NCBI RefSeq assembly: GCF_000181795.1
Contig: NW_003526943.1
Span: forward strand, 7,926,672-7,990,671
Origin: Trichinella spiralis
Taxonomy: Eukaryota
Length of the DNA: 64,000 nt
Direction of reading: 5' to 3'
The notes beneath the pieces were generated by a model. The model made no database searches and was not told the origin of the DNA. It saw only the letters and a program-made list of their open reading frames with translations. The translations under genes and the position numbers were made by a program. Positions 23,753-40,535 of this stretch are shown here, piece after piece. Each line of letters starts with the position of its first letter. The first letter of the stretch is position 1.

Positions 23753-26665
23753 ATGGCTGGTTGTGATTCAAGCAGTGCTTCAGCGGATAATGAATCACTT
23801 GTTACACGCTTGAACTTCACCGCAAAGGTTATTTTTAAAATTTCAGTTTTTTATATTAAATTTTTTAAATAATTTAAATATTTGTTTATTTCTATGATTT
23901 GTTGAATTACAACCGTTTTTGTTTTATTTTCCTAATGATATGTATTAATTTTTATTATCAATATTTGAGTTTTCAACATTGTGATGTTAACGTGCTTGTT
24001 TTGCGTAAACTGTTCTGTTTTTTCATGCAGAGCGTGTTGGTTTATTCAATCAATGCTGCTTACGAGTCACAACCAGTGAAGTCAAGATTAGATTGGAAGC
24101 ATGTGACTGTACCATCGGAAACGGATACTTTTAAATCAAATGTATAAATTTCAAAGTCTACATGTATAATGCGATTGATGCATTATTTATAGGATCAAGA
24201 AAAAGCAGGTGATGTGAATGAAGCTTCTAGTAATTCCGCTATCAGAGAACCCAGAAACCTCAAATGGAATCTGCGTTCATCCTGCTACGAATCGTGTTTT
24301 CGACAGGTAATGATGCCTAAGTCGGCGGCACAATTTTTTGGTCTCATGTAGCCCATATTGAGATTTAAAAGATTTCTTAATTGTGATCAAACTTTTCAAA
24401 ATCTGAATTAATAAATATTTCTTTTCTTTATAACAATACTCATAGTAATTTTGCTGTTCATATTAAGAGATCATTTACTTGGAACGAAGTCATTGCTAGT
24501 AATGCATATCATTTGCAATCACGACCAAGCGAAATGAATTCACCCAAAGTAATGATTTGTATTGATTTGATATTTCAATTGATTTTGTAATTTAAACTTT
24601 CTTTTAGCAACAAAAGGCTGGAAATGCCATTTCTAGTGGTGTTTTTAGTAAACTGCCAAAGTTGCATTTAAAGATACGCCGAAAACCTGTGGTAAGTATT
24701 GTTTTGGTGAATCTTTTACACATTTTAATTATGCAGAGTTTCTGAATTGAATTTTTGTTTTTCTCCCAGATTCAACAATCTGAAGTGGATTCACGAATTT
24801 GCAATGTGATAAACTCGTTCGACGACGATCAACAAGCAGCAACGGCTACATTTGCAAATACTACACACGTAATTGTGCATATTGTTTGAAAAATGATTTT
24901 ATTATTTATTTGCAATTTAAGGCTGATGTGGAAAATTTAACTGTTGAAAACGAAAGCCGACGGAAACTTCGTTGGAAGTTGCGTTCTGCAACTCGTCGTG
25001 AGGTTTGCATTTGTTGGGCAAATAAATTTCAAGTCATAGTTGTTATTTTAGGATGTTTCTTCTAAGCCAGAATTGCAAAGATGCGACAATGCAAATTTGT
25101 CAGACTGCGCAACGATGTCTTGCAATGATCCTTTCGATCAACCTCTCTGCAAGGAATGTTTTTTATCTTCTTATGGAAATGAGCAACTTGACAATGATTG
25201 GATGGATGCCGAAGTAAACTACTGCGATTTTCCAACATCACTCGGCGAACAGGTTGATTTTCTTCTACAGATTGCGTGCAATTAATTGCAATCGTGTTTG
25301 TTAATATTTTTCAGTTAAAAATTGAATTATGACAATAAGAGATTCAACACGTGAAATGCACATATATAAAATTAAAAATAAGTTAAGAGGAAGGAAGTTT
25401 TGATTAATTAAGAATGAAAATGATAATGATGATGAATTGAAATTTTCTTCTGCTTGTCATAATCATCTCAGTTGTTATTATTTTTAGCGAAATCAAATCA
25501 ATCACAATACTAATCAACTTGAAATTGCAATTGAAGATTATGAAGATAATTTTGCAGATACGTTCAAGGTAAAAGATGAAAATTGAAATTTATCCCACAT
25601 TTGATGTGAAAATGATTTGTATTTTTAAGAATTTGCCAGCATTGCATACTCCAAATCCGGCATTGTCCGAGCCGGATGTGAATGATTTTGAATTAGCCGA
25701 AGAGGAAACTTATCAAGCGTTTATTGCCAATCTCAAACTGTTGACTCAGTCTGAAAATGCAGTGGACGGAAACAAAGACACCGACGCTCCAATTCAGCGT
25801 GAAGAAGAAAAAGAATTGCATGAAGATGGCAACGGATCCTCATTGCCGGTTGAAATGTTCAATTTTGACAATACAGATGTTTTATTCAACGAAAGTGATG
25901 TTTCATTTTGTAGGTTTTTTGTGTTTATTTTTTAAATTCGTAAATGAATATCCAACTTTATTGGTTTTTTTTTTGCTTTTCTCAGGCAGCAGCAATGATA
26001 CCGTTGTTGAAAATGTTCAAATAGTAAAGTATGTGTTTGCATATTTTTTTCAATATATAAATAAATTATAAATATGTAAATTTCAGTGAAACTGTGAATT
26101 GCCGTGAAGAAGAAGAAGAAGTAGAAGTGGTTGCACAGTCTGCTGCTTGTTCAGAAGCAAAGAAGGTGAGAGATGGATTGTGTGTTTGTATTGAAAATTT
26201 ACATTTTGTTTATTATTAAATCAGGCAAAAAGAACCACTAGATGTCGTAAAGCGAAACCTTGTACCGCCGCTGATAAAGCGACGGGTTCCAAGAGAAAGT
26301 ATTGCAAAAGAAGTGACCGTTCGACTGGAGAAGTGGCAACGACGTCTACTACAGGAAATAATTGCTATTCACAAATGCTAGTGACATTGCAACAACAACA
26401 ACAACCTTACCAATTTGTGATCCAACAAAATAATCAAGTATTAAATCAGATATTACTTGTACCGGTGGTGGTGCAGAACTCGGCACCGGTAGTGGTGCAG
26501 CAACCGATCACGAATTCCAATTCGAATGCCAGTGCTCAGCAGGTGAAATATTTGGATGATAATATTATCGATCAAATGGAAAGTGGATTTTGTCGCCGTA
26601 AACCCCGGTTGATCTTGAAGAGACGTCCTGAAGCTATACAGGCACGCAATGTGCATCGTGTTTAA
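23753..26665 (+). CDS. Uncharacterised low-complexity/disordered protein, ~12 short exons
   Basis: ATG at 23753 (MAGCDSSSASADNESL). A chain of open exons bounded by GT-AG follows, ending in a Q-rich terminal exon with stop at 26665. No recognisable domain. Confidence 0.65.
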
Positions 26666-27756
26666 AAATTTTACGTGCGAACGATAATAAAATTTTCAAA
26701 ATATTTACTTTTTAATTGTTTGCAAAGACAAAACAAAAAGAAGAATACGTTGTTTTCTTTTTTGTTTAAAAATTACAACGATGAACTAACTAATTTTAAA
26801 AGCATTCTGATTTGTAAGAAATTGAAAAGTGAAATTTGCATATTCGTGCAATTCAAGATCAATCAACTTAGTAGCCAATGTTGTATAAAAAATATTACTC
26901 CAATGCAACGTCTGTCTATTATTGCATGCTTATGTTGATGCTTTTTATTTGAATATGCAAATGAGATTTTCAAGTAGATCACAATTAAAGTATTATTGAT
27001 GGAAAATAAAAAGATGCAATTATTTTGCAATTTCACCATCATTCCCACTGAAGTACACTGTATGTCGTCGATTGAATCTGGGGTTGGAGTGAAAATATTT
27101 CCACAATCGAAATGGTCCACATTTTTTGAAACTTCATTATGAATAATCATTACCGTAAGACAAGAATGACGTGACAACACAACCAGCTGTCAGTCCACTG
27201 TTGCCAATTATTTAACAAACTCGCAGAGTAACTCTGTCTGCTGTTGTTGGGCATCTTCATTTTCAGTTTCAACAAACCAGCTTCTCCGCTTTCGCATTTC
27301 ATTTCACAGCCCGGCTGTTATTTTCTCATTCTTCATTTCGCAGGTATTTTTTCATTATTCAAATATCATGCATTGTTTTTTTTTCAAATTCAGTTTTAAT
27401 TCATCCATTTCTGATCTCAGATTTCACTTGAACCAATTTTCTTTGTTTTCTCAATTTCATATAATGCAATTTTTTGCTTTTCAATTATTATTATTGGTGA
27501 TTTTTTTGTCGATCTGATATTAAAATTTTCATTTAAAAATTAAAAAAATAATAACCCTAGATAGTGTAAACAAATTTTTAAGTTATTTCAAGAAAAAATA
27601 GACCTGACGTTGCATTGAAAGCACCACTTGTTTGCTCACATTTTGCATATGTATAAAAATAAAACCAAACTTGCTAATTTTTTTCTGCTATTCTCTTTTC
27701 GTTGACGTTGTTTCGCTATTCTCTCATTTGCTTTTGCTTCAGACTTACGAAAAAAA

Positions 27757-31281
<3,525 letters not shown>

Positions 31282-31570
31282 ACGGCGACAGCAGTAGTTT
31301 ATACATAGGGTCAATTGGATTTGGGAATGCAAGACAAGGAAACATTTTTCATATTATTATTATTATTAAATATTGTTCGCTGGGGGAATTTTTTTTTAAT
31401 TTTTAACATGGCAGCTGAATTTAACTGTTAGAGCTATTCAAAATAATTTCCTCATCTTTTTTTCCACGATTCTGATTAGCATAGGTTGATCTTATTCACC
31501 TTGAATCAAATAAAACATATTAGAAAATAAAATAAAAAGATATATTTTACTTAATGAACATATTCGGCTG

Positions 31571-33081
31571 TTAAGAAGACAGCGCTTCATTCTCTTCTGA
31601 AACTTTCAGAGCATATTTACGACGACATTTCTCATCAACATTAACTAAATAGAATGTCTCGTTTGAAAGATGCTCCAACTGAGCTGTGGGAATATACGGC
31701 GCCGACGATGCGGCTTTTTCACGCGTTTCCATTGTACTAAGGAATTCCTCTGGCGACAGCTTGTTTCGCATTTCCAGTTGCGACATCGCATCAGCAAGCA
31801 TAGAGGCAATATTTTCCAGCTTCACTTCATTTTCCCGACCCCGGCGCAGTTGAACGCTGAACATACAAGACGCCAACCCAGATCCATAAGAAAACATCAG
31901 CAACCGTTGTCCGACAAGTTTGTCAGCACTGCTACTGAAGTTTTACAAATAAAATTTGTAAAATCGGCTATAAAAGAGTAAATTAAACCATGTTACCCAG
32001 CCAAATGACAAGCAAGCGACGTCCACAACGATGCACAGTACATATTTCCCACTCTGCAAGCAGCTAACAATGACGGTTTGGTGCGAGTTTCAAAAAGCGA
32101 TCCGCTCAGTTCCATCAGCCATGCTTCTTCGTTTCTGTCCAAATCCAACGTCAACAGTCGGTCTTCGTCAAATCTCACCGGTACACCTTTGTTGGGCATG
32201 TTTGGATTCAACTGTGACGGACCGACCACACAACGGCACAAATCCACAAACACTAGCCGAATCAAAGCTTTCTTGGCCAGTTTGCAGTAAGGCGAATGGA
32301 AAAGCACAGCGTCGAAATCCATCACCCGGGCCTCCTTTCCACAGAGACGTTCGAATTTTGCACAATAAAGCCCATAGCAACGCGAAAGCGCCTCGAAATA
32401 GCTTCTCACGCTGAGTGCGCCGTCGACGACGGGATACTCGGTGGCTCCGGCAGCGGTTGGCTTGTAAAAATCGTACGCATCCTGCATGTAGAACGCTTTC
32501 AGCCGACCGTCAAACACGATCGGCGCGTCGACGCCCACAAGCATCGCCACTGCCCCTGCACCCCCGGTACACCTCGCGGGTCCGGCGTCGTAGACCGCCA
32601 CGTCGGTCGCCACTGCTAAAGCATAGCGCCCGTCCCAGCTGGTCGACTCGACCCAACTGACGCAGTTGAACAACGCCTGCGTACCTCCGAAACAAGCGTT
32701 CACAACATCAACACCTTCGAGATCTGTATTTCCGCTATCCGTGAACAGTTGCATCAACGTCGACTTGACGCTTTTCGATCTGTCGACCTGGGATTCGGTG
32801 CCCACTTCCAATCTGCCGATTTCCATCGGCTCCACATTGAAGCGTTTCAACAGTCGATGGACAACGGTCAACGCCATTGAACACGCATCTTCACGGTCCG
32901 AGCAAACAGCCATTTCATGTTGACCCAAACCAATTTCATACTTGCCCTTTGAAACGCCGTCCGCTGATTCCAACTCCGACTGCTTCACGTACATCGAAGG
33001 AAAATATACCTGCATGGCCAATATGCCGACGTTGCTAGCCGAAATCAAATTCGGCATCACACTGTCATTCTCCATCATCAC
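31571..33081 (-). CDS. HMGCS: Hydroxymethylglutaryl-CoA synthase (2 coding exons; intron 31935-31996)
   Basis: Motifs 'GRLEVGTESQVDRSKSVKS', catalytic 'NACFGGT', 'FHSPYCKL', 'GNMYCASL', 'FSYGSGLAS'. Confidence 0.95.
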
Positions 33082-33273
33082 TCGGCTTCAAACGATAACA
33101 AACTGAAACATCAATCAAATAATCAATTTATTAATTAATAAACGAAAAATAACCGCACAATTTTAAATTATTAACCATATAAATTATAAATTAAAAGAAA
33201 AGTTTACCTCAAATATAAAAGCAAATAAAACACAGGCAAACAAACTGTTGGAAAAATAACTTGCAGTCTGAAT

Positions 33274-33294
33274 TTCTCTCTCTCTCTCTCTCTC
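33274..33294. repeat. (CT)n microsatellite upstream of HMGCS
   Basis: Tandem CT run. Confidence 0.85.
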
Positions 33295-34977
33295 TTTTAC
33301 ATTACCTACATAAAAATGTAAATAAATTCATCATCATAAAAATTTGAACAAATGCTATTATATGACCTTTTCAGGAATGAAGCAAACAAACATGTGAAAA
33401 TTTATCCAGTACAACTGTAAACAGAATAAAATGAAAACGAAAAAGGCAATTCACTAACTTCAAGCGGAGATAACTATGATTTAAAAAACTATTCACCTTA
33501 AAACATCAAATATAAATCCGTATTCTCGAAACAAAGCATATTTATTTCAGAAAAGAAAATTTTGCAATAATAATTTTTAACAACTTCACATTGTCAAACA
33601 ATAAATACAATAAACGATGTAAACAATAATAAATTAATAACAGAAATGAATTCAAAGAAAGATCGTTAACAAATTAAATAAGTTTAAAAAATCTGTTTTA
33701 TACAAATGGTTAAAATTTGCTTTTAGTAAAATTTTAGTAACACTGTCAACAAAAAAGAATAATCTAAATACAAATACGAAATACAAAGAAACAAAGCTAG
33801 AAATCACATAAAACACAACATTAAACTATTAACAAAAAAATGACAGCCATTTCCCAACTAAAAAGAACAAAACAAGTAAATTTCAATCAGAAATATGGCC
33901 TACTGTAACATAAACCACATTTTGAACGCTATTCAATCAAATAATTAACGCTATAAAACCACTTAAAATTATAAAACAATACAACATTAAACAGAAACTA
34001 CAAAAATTTCCAAATTACCAAAATAAATAGTAACCGTACTGTAATATATAATAAAGATCAGGTAGGTTTTTTACATATAGTAATTATAATTGCAAGAAAT
34101 ACTTCATAAAATTTAATAAAAATTCCTGTGATTTGTGAAAAATAGAGAAGTACACGAAACAAACCCATACAAAACGAACGCATAAAAAATTTCAAACAAT
34201 ACTTTACAATAATGACACTCAAGTATAAATGACAATAATCAAAGGCAAAAATAGAGTTTTTGTGCTGCCTCTGAACAGACTGATATACATTTCAACGATT
34301 AACCACATAAAAGTCTAATAATGTTCCCTCATTTTCATGTTTTTTAGTACAGATTTATTAACCCATCCATCAATTTCATTGTTTTGATATAGTACACGTT
34401 ATTTTTTAATGATGAACTGTTCCTTTGTAGAATGAAACTTAAATCGCCCATCGAATTCTTACTTTTACTGTTTACAAACACCATTATTTTTTCATTGATG
34501 ATTTCAACAATACCTCGACTTTCTTTAAATTTATAAACCTACTAATTAAACCATTTTACATTTTAATCAGAATCTCGATCATTAACTTTACAACATCAGC
34601 TGACAAATATTACGTCTGCTGACTAGCTGTCTATCTAGTAATCTACACTTTCAGACGAACGCCTCTGCTTCAAACAGTCACTTAAGTCTTTGATTTTTTG
34701 TTTATACAAACTAAATTAACAAACATAGAGTTCATAATTATCAGCATTACTCGAATAATTTTTTCCAAAGAAAATACCGCTGCTAAAAAAAATGCAATTT
34801 ACGCGAGAAAAAATAATAAACAACAACGACTGCAAATAAGAAAACGTACAGTCGAAAATTGTAATGCTGAACCTGAGCGCATGTTAATTCAACTTAAGCC
34901 TATTTAAAGGTAGCTTCAAGCTCAGATGTTCATTTTCTGTTTGTCTGTGTTGCCGTGCGGTCGGTACTTTAAACACA

Positions 34978-36306
34978 ATGATGAACGAACGGTGGTTTAA
35001 CACAGTTGCCTTCATTGAAGAAATTACCAACTCAGTGAAGAAGAAGAAGTACAACTGTGATTTATTCAATTTAATAGAAGAATTTGTCGACATCCTCGAA
35101 CCTGACTATGAAACATTGGAATGCCTTTCTTTCAAAGAGGTAATAGATTTTTATTGTACTTTACGTTATTTGAAAAGTATCGTTGTTGGCACTGATGTTC
35201 AAGATCGAATGTTTCCCAAACTTGGAAAACTGATAGACAAATGCTATCAGTGTGCCGGTTTGGAAGCTTCTGAGAAGGATAACAAAAAATTTATAAATGA
35301 CATCTCAAGCAATGGAATCACTAGTGAAAACAAGCCAATTCAAACAAAATCATCTGGTCATTCAAAGTTCATTTATAATCCAAGGAATCCGAAGTATCGT
35401 TATTATCATATTATTCAAGGATGGTTGAAAGAGCAGAAGACTGATGTGCCTGGGATATTTTCGACAGGAAGGTATGGTTATAAGCAAGTTTATTTGGATA
35501 TACCAGAAAAAATGTTGGAAGATTTTCAAGAGAGGAACATACATTTCAAGCATACAATAGAAATGATGGCCAATGTTCAGATACATTTTTTGAAAAAAAA
35601 AGTTTCTATTATTGGAGAAGATGATAGAAGTATTGATGCGGCAATACTAATTTTTTTGCATATAAATAATTATCCATCGTTTTTTAACATTGCGTGTGAA
35701 ATGGTGTTAAAATATTTGATCAACATGGAAAATGTGACGAGCTTAACTGATGTTCAATTGGAAACACTAGAACATGGCCTGAATTGTTCAAAAAAGGTCA
35801 ACGATTTTCAACATACAGGTGAAAGTGATGATAGAAGCTATCCATTGAAAGCGGATGATGGATATTGTCCATTTTTGGCACCGATTCCGAGAAGAAATGA
35901 AGCTGATGAGTGGAATAAATACTATTATGATTTTATGAGCACAAATTTGTCATTTCATGAACAGCAACGGAAAGATTTGTTTTTTGAACCGGTGAAACAT
36001 GAAAACGTTATGCGTCGAAATCCGTATAGGTATAAGAAATTAATAATAATCAAATCTTCGGATGTTGAGAAATTGGTTGGAAAACATGGAAGTGTTTTAT
36101 GGGCAATTCAAACGATCACCGACACGTTGATCATTATTGAAAATTTCACATTTACAAAGAATTTCAAAAGAATAATCTTTTGTGCGGCAAATGCAAGAAA
36201 TTTGAGATCAACTATCCACTTTATCCGTATTTTGATTGAAAATAAGTTAAATGTTCAACGTCTTGCTGATAATATGGCGAAGGTTGCAAATTTGAATTTT
36301 TCTTAA
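34978..36306 (+). CDS. Intronless KH-domain RNA-binding-like protein (442 aa)
   Basis: Single long ORF in AT-rich DNA. It has a C-terminal KH with GKHG loop and a degenerate KH-like segment ('KQVYLDIPEK...KVSIIGEDDRSIDAA'). Confidence 0.75.
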   Translation: MMNERWFNTVAFIEEITNSVKKKKYNCDLFNLIEEFVDILEPDYETLECLSFKEVIDFYCTLRYLKSIVVGTDVQDRMFPKLGKLIDKCYQCAGLEASEKDNKKFINDISSNGITSENKPIQTKSSGHSKFIYNPRNPKYRYYHIIQGWLKEQKTDVPGIFSTGRYGYKQVYLDIPEKMLEDFQERNIHFKHTIEMMANVQIHFLKKKVSIIGEDDRSIDAAILIFLHINNYPSFFNIACEMVLKYLINMENVTSLTDVQLETLEHGLNCSKKVNDFQHTGESDDRSYPLKADDGYCPFLAPIPRRNEADEWNKYYYDFMSTNLSFHEQQRKDLFFEPVKHENVMRRNPYRYKKLIIIKSSDVEKLVGKHGSVLWAIQTITDTLIIIENFTFTKNFKRIIFCAANARNLRSTIHFIRILIENKLNVQRLADNMAKVANLNFS

Positions 36307-37144
36307 TGGAAATGATGAAAATTTCAACGATGAAGAAAACCAATGAAAAAATTGAAAATAGCTTGCATATTTTATTTTAAAATTTTTATAAAATGTTTCA
36401 TTATTATCCTTTTACGTTTGCATAAATTTAGATTGACTTGTTTTCTAAATTTCAATGTGCATTTGATTTTTTTAACAATGAAGATGATCTTTATGTGATA
36501 TATGATGATAGTGCTTATTTTGTTTGAATAATAAAATACACTGCATGTAATATTCGATGTTTTTACTTATTCTGATAAATTATATTTTATGAAATGTTTT
36601 CAACTATTCAACATATTGATGGTGTGAAAATATTTCATGACAGTAGCTCAATAATTCAATGGAGCTCTCATGCATCCCATTATAGTTTGTTCATAACTAT
36701 GTAATTTTATGCTCGTCTGCCCGCTTGTTTGTTTCTATTACCGTAACTTATATCTAAAATTGATGTACTTATTCAGTGGCTTATGCAGCTGTGCTTCAAA
36801 GCACGCAATTTAATGAGTTGATAGAGTCGCGAGATTTCATTTTGTGGCTAGTTGCAGTATTGTGAATAAAGAAACACAAATCGGTGCTTTTGATTATAAA
36901 CATTAATTGATGAAAGAGATTTAAATTTCGGAAAACTAAAGAAATTTTGTTTAAACTGTTAATTCTACTTAGATCATAATTAAGAACTTTGAAACGACTT
37001 TAAACAAAATTATTTTTAAAATGTTGGCAACATTTTAAAGTTTCGTTATATCACAGAGATGCTGAGCTGAATTTAATCAGTTCTGCCATAGGATTTTCCT
37101 TGTGCGGTCGAATTCTTGCTTTGTGATCGAAATTGTGCCTAAAG

Positions 37145-38340
37145 ATGAAAGAAAATTCCGCTCCAAAATCGAACCCAGCCTCAAGTAAAACATCAGGATC
37201 CACTACCAATGATGATGCAACCATGTCTGCAATGCTGTCCGTTAGTGGATATTCAATGATGAGTTCGGTGGCTGGGAATCAGTGCATTGCAGAGTCGAAT
37301 GAACTGCTGAATCAATCTGGTCCTGGAATATCCAAAGAAGTAGAAAATGCGATTGTGAAAAAAATTGAAGAAAGCAAACCACAACCAACGGAATCAGAGG
37401 ATGGTACTGGTCGTCGAGTGATTCTGTTGCGAAATGCTGAAAGAATGGATCGCATATTTCCTGAATGGGTTGATATGGCATTCAATGAACAAGTAATTTA
37501 TTTTCTTTTGTTATTTTTATTGAATTTAATTTTTCATTATTTACAGGGGAAATATAGGCCGTATGATTTGAATCAGCCATTGCAAATCCCATTTCGTTCT
37601 GGTGATTTTTGGGATTATCGTTTTGATTCGCCGATAACTGAATTGGGTAATGTTATGTCAATGATGGTTGGACGTACATTAAAATTAAGCAAACAACAGC
37701 CGTACAAAATTTTCGTCTCTCCATCTTTGCGATGTATTCAAACTGCTCACTGCTTATTAAAATGCTTAAGCAACAAAAATTTGAAAATGTGCATCGAGCC
37801 AGCACTATTCGAATGGTTATCATGGTATGAAACATTGCCAAATTGGTTGTCAGAAAAAGATTTACTTAGCGCTCAGTATAAAATTGATGTTACTTATAAG
37901 CCAATTTTGAGTATCAGTGAAATTCGTCAACATCGCAACGAAACTTCTGTGGAATGTTATCAACGCTGTATCAATGCTTTCAAAACAATTATGAGTACTC
38001 AAAGTGGTAAAGTGAAAACATTTTCGTATATTTCATGAAAATCGATTAAATTTTATTGAATTCAATAATTAATTTTAATTTTTCAGAAAACGGTAACATC
38101 TTGTTCATTGTGCACAGCTTGACAATGGATGCAATTACTCGTTATTTGAACAAAGCGGATGAGACGAACATTCCACAAAATGAAATTAATTCAATGGGAG
38201 GAAATTATCCATATTGTTCGATTCTTTTTTACGAAGAATTAAACGACAAAAGTTGGCGATTATCTCCTACCGTTTTGCCATCAATCACTTTCATGAAATT
38301 CAATAATGCTGTTAACAGTAGCTTTTTGAATCGCAAATAA
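37145..38340 (+). CDS. Sts-1/UBASH3/EPPase-type histidine phosphatase (PGM-family) domain protein; probable pseudophosphatase
   Basis: Motifs 'VILLRNAERMD', 'YRPYDLNQP', 'DSPITELG', 'SPSLRCIQTA', 'IEPALFEW', 'NILFIVHS'. Introns at about 37493-37546 and 38007-38086. Confidence 0.85.
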
Positions 38341-39718
38341 TTTTACTTCTTGACCTATTCATATTAACTATTTCATTAATTTAAACAATTTTTTGCTTTT
38401 ATTTCAACATGTGATATTGTTCCAAGTTTTATATTAATGTGATATTATTTTATAATATATGTATTATAATTTCAATAACTTTATAATTTTCATTTTCGTA
38501 TAAATTTAACCATCTTTTATAGTTATGGGATTCAGCAAAACTGACTGCTGCCTATGCTAAAATCACAGTATTTGTTGCATTAATAGAGTCAATTAATATT
38601 TCAGTGATTATGATATTTTTTAAATAAATTTTTATAAAAATACTTTGCGTTAAGTATTTGAAAGTGCGCATGTTGGATTTATGAAATTAAAATAAATATG
38701 ATATTCCAGCGGAATCTGATAGTAATTAAATTCTTTGAATATGCAATCGTTTGCAATGATTCCTACTCCATAGTTTTATTTGCAAATTTGTGCTCACAAA
38801 AAGTTTTGTACAACTCTGTTATATTATTAAATACACACAAATACAGTTAGCGTCAATAAAAGAAGCACTTTATTAAAATGTTTGATTTTATTATACAAGA
38901 TATTTATGCTGCTTACTTTGTTGCATTTTTTGTTATGCGAGAATACATTTTCCGCTTATCAAGCAATCAAATGACTGTTTTTATAACAAAAATTTTATTT
39001 TGCTGTTTCTATACGAATCACTACATGCTTATGAGCTGTATACTGCATTAGCAGGAAAATGTTTTCATTGTTCATTAGCTATCTTGTTAATAGTTTGCAC
39101 TGTATAATTTTGAACAACCGAAAGCAACAATCTGCTTAAATAAAATTCTCTTGTAAATAGCTGTTTATTTTGAGTAAAGTTAGATAAATTTGGTAATTAT
39201 TAATTATAAAAATCTGAATGTTGCTGATGTTTATATATTCTTTTATGTTAATATGTTAGATATCAACATCATCGTTTGTTTGTATACTTTTATGTTGTTT
39301 TTCATGTATGTATAAAGAAAATGTGTATATGATTAAATATGAATGCTGCTGGATTAAATTTGTGCTATGATAACACAGCTTAGGAGAACCATATGAGCAA
39401 ACTTGTCCAAATGATGGGCAAGCCTCATGAACATAAATAACAAAATCATCCTAAATTTGGTCAGCTTCAGTTTATCTTCTCACGGACAGAACAGTTGTAT
39501 TTTCCTGATTCATTGTGCATTATTGCAACTACGCGCAAATTTTAAATTCTCAGTGGCAAATACCATTACAAAGGGGTGTTCTTACTCGGTCCCACTTTTT
39601 TCTTATTTGTCTTTGCCCACGCCATTTTATTGGACCGTCAAATCTCTGTCGTATTGGTTTTCCTTGTCTAATTGCTCATTGATTCAAACTCTTCAGTTGT
39701 GATTAGCTGTAATATTTT

Positions 39719-39728
39719 NNNNNNNNNN
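39719..39728. other. Assembly gap (10 N contig join)
   Basis: Run of N. The collagen reading frame starts immediately after it. Confidence 1.
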
Positions 39729-39729
39729 T

Positions 39730-40535
39730 ATTGTGAAACGTCAGGCGATAGTTCCTTGCAAAGGTTTGATTATTATATTTCAAAGCAGAAGCAGCTTTTC
39801 TTCTTCTTCTTCTTCTTCTTTGTTGTATTTCAAAGCGCGCAGTTGAGTAGGAAATGTCATATTTAGGGTGCTGTTTACCTGGCCTTCCTGGACCGCCAGG
39901 AATCCCGGGTAAGAATGGAATTCCAGGCGCACCAGGCTTGCCCGGAGCTCCGGGTTTTCCTGGTATGCCACCGCTTGAACTTTGCATCGAACCAATTCCA
40001 CCGCCTTGCGAACCTTGTCCACAGGGTCCCCCAGGACCACCCGGTCCAGACGGAACACCTGGTATTGCACTGGGTTGCTGTTCAATTTTGCGTTCAATTT
40101 CTTCAGGGCGGTTAGTTTTCAGGTAGTCCTGGCACACGCGGTCCAAACGGCATGGATGGAAAATACGGTTTACCTGGACCGCACGGTCCTCCAGGGCCAC
40201 CTGGCGCACCAGGTGAACCGGGCAAGGAAGGAGAAGCTGGCGATCCTGGCTTGCCGGCCATTTCGATGCCATCTACACCTGGTGATCCAGGTCCAACTGG
40301 TGAAGTAGGAACTCCAGGTTTACCAGGTCCTCCGGGTCCGGCAGGTGAACGCGGCGAAGCCGGGTTTCCCGGCATCAAAGGTCCACCAGGTCCTTCCGGA
40401 GAGCCGGGTCCTGACGGACCACCGGGCAAACAAGGACCACCCGGACCCGAAGGTCCTCCTGGTGAAAAAGGTATCTGTCCAAAATACTGCGCACTGGATG
40501 GCGGTGTGTTCTTCTCCGACGGAACAAGACGATAA
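39730..40535 (+). CDS. Nematode cuticle collagen (COL-1/SQT-3-like C-terminus), 5' truncated
   Basis: '[17 protein letters not shown]' (KRQ processing site) spliced onto Gly-X-Y blocks, with the interruption '[10 protein letters not shown]' and the tail '[21 protein letters not shown]'. Confidence 0.93.
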
